64,000 nt of DNA from a candidate division FCPU426 bacterium (GTDB taxonomy: Bacteria; Oederibacteriota; Muellerivitia; Muellerivitales; Muellerivitaceae): the NCBI GenBank assembly GCA_963719085.1, contig CAVRAL010000001.1, positions 1,024,001 through 1,088,000 of the forward strand, read 5' to 3'. The translations under genes were made by a program, and so were the position numbers. Of the stretch, positions 59,170-64,000 are shown in pieces (the stretch's first letter is position 1; the number at the start of each line of letters is the position of its first letter). A model generated the notes under the pieces. The model ran no database searches and was not told the DNA's origin. It worked only from the letters and a program-made list of their open reading frames with translations.

Positions 59170-59991
59170 CTAATCCTTCTTGAGCCCCAGGTCTTTCGCG
59201 ACTTGGTCGATAATCTCGGCGTCGATGGTTTCTTTTTTCAGCAAATAGCCTTCCAACATGGCGTTGTCGCACGTGGTGTTGATCAATCGGGGAATACCCT
59301 TGGTGTAATCAAAAATTTTCTGATAAGCGTCCAGCGTAAAGACCGGCTTCACGCAGCCGGCCACGGACAGGCGATGCTGGATATAATTTTCGGTGCTCTC
59401 CCGGGTCAATGACTTGACGAAAAATTTCACCGCGATCCGTTGAAACAAGGGCGGGTCCAGGGCCAGATACTGCTCGAGCTCGGGCAGACCCAAAAGAATA
59501 ATGGAGATGAGCTTGCGGCCCGGCACCTCCAGGTTTAAAAGGCCCCGAAACTCCTCGAAAATTTCCTTCTTCTGAAGCATGTTCGCCTCATCGATTAAAA
59601 CCACCGCCTTACGCCCCTCCTCATAAATTTTCATGAGGCGCTCGTAAAGCTGGGAAATGATCTGTCCCTTGGTTTCGCCCGGGTCTTCCACGCCCAACTG
59701 AACGGCGATTTTTTTGAGCATCCATTCGGCCGTGATTTCGGTATGAACGATGACCAAGAGGGTGGCTTCGTATTGGGGATCCTGCTCCAGTTTTTCCAAA
59801 GCTTTGCGGGCCAAAAGGGTCTTCCCCGCGCCGATGTCCCCCACGACCACAGTCAAGCCCTTCATGGTATCGACCGCGTGAAGCATCCTCACCATGGCTT
59901 CCGAATGTTGGCTGCTTTCGAAATAAAAACGGCTGTCGGGAGCGTTGGAAAAAGCCTGTTCCCTTAATCCGTAAAATTGTTCGTAGCTCAT
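59170..59991 (-). CDS. ExeA/GspA-family AAA ATPase
   Basis: YEQFYGLREQAF, GDIGAGKT, LIDEAN, GIPRLINTTCD. Confidence 0.92.
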   Translation of the reverse strand: MSYEQFYGLREQAFSNAPDSRFYFESSQHSEAMVRMLHAVDTMKGLTVVVGDIGAGKTLLARKALEKLEQDPQYEATLLVIVHTEITAEWMLKKIAVQLGVEDPGETKGQIISQLYERLMKIYEEGRKAVVLIDEANMLQKKEIFEEFRGLLNLEVPGRKLISIILLGLPELEQYLALDPPLFQRIAVKFFVKSLTRESTENYIQHRLSVAGCVKPVFTLDAYQKIFDYTKGIPRLINTTCDNAMLEGYLLKKETIDAEIIDQVAKDLGLKKD

Positions 59992-60161
59992 AAGTCCTCG
60001 GGAGGTGCCTTTGGGTTCGGCGGGTCCGAAATCCAAAAACGGAATCAAGGATGCCTGTCGTTTTTCGGCTAGAATCTGTTAATTTTTAGTACGAAGTCCA
60101 ATAATTCTTGAGCAAAGAACTTGGATCAAACGAGAACAACTAAAGAAGCCCCAAATCAGCG

Positions 60162-62720
60162 TCAAACGTAGCCTACTCGATTTGACTTCTTTTTGCCACC
60201 CGAATTTTCCCCCTCGGAGGGGTTTTCGGCGGCCGAACCGGCCTCGGGAGCGGGTTTTGGCGTCGAAATCACCGCCGCGGGAGGCGCGGCGGCTTTGGGC
60301 CCGCCCTTGGCTTTCATCAAGTTTTCCACGTCCGCCAGCTTTTTCTTAGCCTCAAAATTATCCGGTTCGGCGTGAATAATCCTTTGATAAATCTTCATGG
60401 CTTCCTCATAGAGGCCCTGACGGGTATAAATTTCGGCCACGGCCACCGTCATGAACTCATCCCGGCTTTCTTCCAAAGCGGAGTCGGTCTTGGAGTGCGC
60501 GTCCAGCTTGGACATGCCCGGCGCGGTCACCGCATGGGGCGCGGAAGCCGCCTTCGGCGCGACGGAAGGCGCGGGCGCGGGGATGGGTGCCGGCGTGGCG
60601 GGCGCGGGCCTTGAGGCGGCCTCTTCCCTGGCTTTGGCGGCCATTTCTTCCCGGAGTTTTTTCTCGATTTCTTCCCGGATCTTTTGTTCCATTTCCACGC
60701 GGGCTTTCTTTTCCATCTCTTCCCGGAGCTTCTGCTCGCTTTCCTGCTTGGCTTTTTGCATCATTTCGTCCTGGACCTTGCGTTCCAGTTCCTCGCGCAT
60801 CTTATGTTCCGCCTCATCGCGGATTTTCTTTTCCATTTCGACGTGCGCTTGGCGGTCAGCCTCCGCCCTGGCTTTTTGCTCCAGTTCTTCCCTCAGCTTT
60901 TTGGATTCTTCCTCGGCCTTGCGTTCCATTTCATCGCGAAGACGCCGTTCCTCGTCTTCCTTGGCCTTCTTTTCGGCTTCCAAGGCCCCAATCACATCGT
61001 CGCCGGTCTTCACGTAAGCCGTATAGGCTTGGTTCAATTTCGTGCGGATTTCATTGTTGTCCGGATGGGCTTCCAACAGCTGTTGATAAATCTCGATGGC
61101 TTCTTCCACCAGGTTTTGCTTGAGGTAGTTTTCCGCGATCCCCAATTGGGCGTTCAGTTCGATCAAAGGATCTTCCGGGGCTTTCGCCGCGGGAGCGGGT
61201 GCCGGAGCGGCAACCACCGGCGCGGGAGCGGCCGCGGGCGTGTCATCCTCCAAATCCATCACATTTTCAGCCGCCTTCGCGGGCGCTGGCGCAGTCCCCA
61301 CGGGGGGCGCGGGCGAGTTCCCGGCGGATTCAACGGCTTTGGCCCCCGCAGGGGGCGCGGCTACTGCGGCTTTGACAGGCGGGGGCGGAGGCATCGCGGG
61401 CTTCGGCGAAGTCCCCGCCGGGGGCGCGGCTACAGCGGGAGCCGGGGTCGCCGTGGCGGTCGGATTCAGTTCCTGCGCCTTGGTCATCCAAGCGGAAGCT
61501 TGATCGGCTTTTCCTTGGGCGGTGGCCAAGCCCGCCGCTTTTTGAAAGGCTTCCACGGCTTTTTCTTTTTGTCCGCTTTTTTTCAAAAGATCGCCGAGCC
61601 GTCCCACCGCCGCGAAAGCGTTCGCGTCGAGCGAAATCACTTTTTGGGCCACTTCCACCGCGTTGGGCAAAAGACCCTTTTCCTCATACTTGCCCACCAG
61701 CACATTGAAGCCGTTGATGGCCTCGAGCTTGGAGCCTTTTTTCAAGGAGATGTCCGCCAGCGCTTCCAAAGCCCCCAAATTATCCTTTTCGACCTTCAGC
61801 GCCTTCTGGATGGATTCCACCGCTTTGTCGAGTTGCCCCTGCTCGCTTAAGACCAATCCCAAATGAACCAAGGCGCCCACATGGTTGATTTTGAACCGGA
61901 GCAAACTCTCAAACTCAGCTTTGGCTTCCGAGTATTGCTGTTTTTTTAAAAAAATAAGCCCCAAGGTGTAATGGGCCTCAATGCTTTTGAACTCGATGGC
62001 TTTATTGGCGTAAAGCAAAGCCTTGTCCATGTCGCCTTTGGCGTGGGCCAATTCGGCGATGGATAAGAATTCTTTTTTGGCGTCGCTCTCGGAGCCTTGT
62101 TTGATGAAAATTTGGGCCAGATTGATGCGGGCATCCAAGTTCCCCGGTTCCAGTTGGACGATTTTCTGGAACATTTCCTGGGCTTTTTTGAAAAGGCGGT
62201 TTTTGAGAAAAGCCGAGCCGATGGCCAGGTACTGCTGGATGGCCTCATCCATCTTGCCTTGTTTTTCCAGGAGTTCGGCGAGCTTGGAATAGGCGGAGAG
62301 GTTTTCCGGGTCCAGTTTCACCACTTCGCTCAGGGCCTCGGTAGCGGCGTCCAGATTGCCTTGTTCCATGGCCGAATCGGCCTTGAGGGTTTGCTTGATG
62401 AGGCCTTGCTTCTTTTGCGCGTCCGCCGATAATTTGGAGGTCTCAAGCGCCGCTATTTTTTTGTTCACCACAAGGGCCTTGTCTACTTGGCCCCGGGATG
62501 AAAAATCGGAGGAGACTTTGTTATAGGCGTCAAAAGCCTCGGCCACCGCGCCTTTTTTCACATAAACATCGCCCAGCATGTTGTGGGTATTCACGTCCTC
62601 AGGGTCTAAAGCGATGAGTTTTTTGTATTCCTCAATCGCTTTGTCCCAGCGGCCTTCCTGGAAATAAATATAGGCCATTTTGACGATGTTTTTTTTGTCG
62701 CCGCCGGCTGGGGTGCTCAT
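60162..62720 (-). CDS. Long cytoplasmic TPR protein with Pro/Ala linkers and a charged coiled coil
   Basis: Many TPRs; PAPA linkers; E/K/R-rich helix; C-terminal TVAVAEIYTRQG TPR. Confidence 0.85.
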   Translation of the reverse strand: MSTPAGGDKKNIVKMAYIYFQEGRWDKAIEEYKKLIALDPEDVNTHNMLGDVYVKKGAVAEAFDAYNKVSSDFSSRGQVDKALVVNKKIAALETSKLSADAQKKQGLIKQTLKADSAMEQGNLDAATEALSEVVKLDPENLSAYSKLAELLEKQGKMDEAIQQYLAIGSAFLKNRLFKKAQEMFQKIVQLEPGNLDARINLAQIFIKQGSESDAKKEFLSIAELAHAKGDMDKALLYANKAIEFKSIEAHYTLGLIFLKKQQYSEAKAEFESLLRFKINHVGALVHLGLVLSEQGQLDKAVESIQKALKVEKDNLGALEALADISLKKGSKLEAINGFNVLVGKYEEKGLLPNAVEVAQKVISLDANAFAAVGRLGDLLKKSGQKEKAVEAFQKAAGLATAQGKADQASAWMTKAQELNPTATATPAPAVAAPPAGTSPKPAMPPPPPVKAAVAAPPAGAKAVESAGNSPAPPVGTAPAPAKAAENVMDLEDDTPAAAPAPVVAAPAPAPAAKAPEDPLIELNAQLGIAENYLKQNLVEEAIEIYQQLLEAHPDNNEIRTKLNQAYTAYVKTGDDVIGALEAEKKAKEDEERRLRDEMERKAEEESKKLREELEQKARAEADRQAHVEMEKKIRDEAEHKMREELERKVQDEMMQKAKQESEQKLREEMEKKARVEMEQKIREEIEKKLREEMAAKAREEAASRPAPATPAPIPAPAPSVAPKAASAPHAVTAPGMSKLDAHSKTDSALEESRDEFMTVAVAEIYTRQGLYEEAMKIYQRIIHAEPDNFEAKKKLADVENLMKAKGGPKAAAPPAAVISTPKPAPEAGSAAENPSEGENSGGKKKSNRVGYV

Positions 62721-62982
62721 TCAGGCCTCAAGTTGGAATAAAGAAAACAATCGAGTTTACCGCTTCACCTCAGAACCCTGAGTTTTTTTACTATAACATT
62801 GGGTAAAGTGGAGCGCAAGAAAATGCAGGGATTTGTTGGGTCTTTTCCTTATCGCGACCGACTCCGACGCCTTTTTGGTCAGAAAAATTATCGCGAAGGC
62901 CTTCGCCAAGGAATCCGCAAAATCCGCCTCACCCTCCATCGGCCTTTGTGACGCGGGCGACACCCAAACTATAAACCGAAGG

Positions 62983-63420
62983 TTAAAGAAACCGCAAAGA
63001 AGCCTTTTTCCGCTTCAAACACCTGGGGCAATTGAGCATCCGGGAAGAAGCGGAGTCCGCCAATCCCGGCCGGATAAGCCGAAACCATTCCGACGTCCAC
63101 GCCCCTTGGCTTTTATCCAAAAAACGCCCCAGTGGTCTTTCCGAAATGAAAACATGGGCACATTGACATTTTTTACAGGTCAGGGCCAGCTTGGTCTCCG
63201 AGGGTTCGGCCAGAATCTTTTCCCAGGCTTTGGCGTTTTCAGCCAACAGCTCCATGCCCAAAATCTCGTCCCGGTAAACCCCGCCGCCGACCCGCCATTC
63301 TTTCACCTCGCCCGGGAGGGTTTCCCAAAGGGTCAAAAGCCGGTAACCCGCCTGCTCCTTGAGGAAGCCATAATGACGGTTGAAAAGAAAGTTATTCCAC
63401 CAGCCGTGAAATGGATTCAT
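62983..63420 (-). CDS. Hypothetical protein with two CxxC motifs
   Basis: CKKC and CPRC. Confidence 0.6.
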   Translation of the reverse strand: MNPFHGWWNNFLFNRHYGFLKEQAGYRLLTLWETLPGEVKEWRVGGGVYRDEILGMELLAENAKAWEKILAEPSETKLALTCKKCQCAHVFISERPLGRFLDKSQGAWTSEWFRLIRPGLADSASSRMLNCPRCLKRKKASLRFL

Positions 63421-63578
63421 GTTCTTCTTTCCGGGAAATCCAAAATAAAATATCGGCGCCCTATTTCCCCCATTCTAAGGGATGAAACGCCTTCCCGCAC
63501 CCGTTACAACCGGGTTAAATAAAAAAATCCACGGAATTTTTTATTGGGAACTCGGCGGTTTCAATCCATACTAGTCCC

Positions 63579-64000
63579 ATGCCCCTTACCCAATTCCAGG
63601 ACAATCCTTTTTACATCGGGTGCCTGATCGGCCTTTTTTTCTCCTTTTACCTCTGGACCATCCTCGATTATTTTTCCCGGTCCCGGACCAACCAAAGGGC
63701 CTTTGAAAACCTCGCCCATCAACTGGACTTCGAGTTTTACGAATCCAAATGGCTTTTTGAGAAAAACGGCTTCGCCTTACCGGCGCCCGTCTGGCCATAC
63801 CGTCCCCGCAAACCCATTTTCAGCGTCAGCCCCGCTTGGGGCTGCCGGAATATCCTGAAGGGCGCGCGCAACGGATGGGATGTCCTCTTTTTGGAAAGGG
63901 CCTATCAAGACCGGGACTTCAAGGACATCCGCGAGACCCTGGTGCTTTACGACCGCAAAAACGCCCGTCTTCCCCAAATGGAGCTGGTGCCGCGCCGGCT
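63579..64000 (+). CDS. Hypothetical membrane-anchored protein (runs off window)
   Basis: Open frame MPLTQFQDNPFYIGCLIGLFFSFYLWTILDYF... to the window end. Confidence 0.6.
   Translation, partial: MPLTQFQDNPFYIGCLIGLFFSFYLWTILDYFSRSRTNQRAFENLAHQLDFEFYESKWLFEKNGFALPAPVWPYRPRKPIFSVSPAWGCRNILKGARNGWDVLFLERAYQDRDFKDIRETLVLYDRKNARLPQMELVPRR

Noticed and set aside
62740..62980. Possible structured RNA upstream of the TPR gene
   Set aside because: Only short palindromes; no recognisable motif or second copy

Overview
Bacterial chromosomal window from a diderm organism (TonB system, secretin), mostly minus-strand housekeeping genes; the lineage cannot be assigned from the sequence alone. Left 13 kb is a sulfur-metabolism region. 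It holds an exbB-exbD-tonB-TonB receptor-yezD-arylsulfate sulfotransferase operon preceded by three tandem SAM-II-like aptamer/terminator units. It also holds two complementary ThiF/MoeB-like genes and a SAM-I-controlled operon (ThrC paralog, MoaD-like carrier ending GG-LF, NIL protein, degenerate ThiF, CysK). The middle carries greA, fur, murI, hom-thrC-lysC-cimA, two aminotransferases, mreBCD-mrdA-rodA and a Tad/Flp pilus locus with a CpaE-CpaF fusion. The right part has pheS, infC(ATT start)-rpmI-rplT with an L20 leader, a patch of small AT-rich orphan genes, thrS, three tRNAs, ppa, rmlBAC, and an ExeA-like ATPase with a long TPR protein. Top candidates for novelty: the triple-tandem SAM-II-like transcriptional switch, a possible heterodimeric bacterial E1, and a repeated CCAGT-N2-ACTGG element linked to yezD. 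All calls are by-eye; no searches were run.
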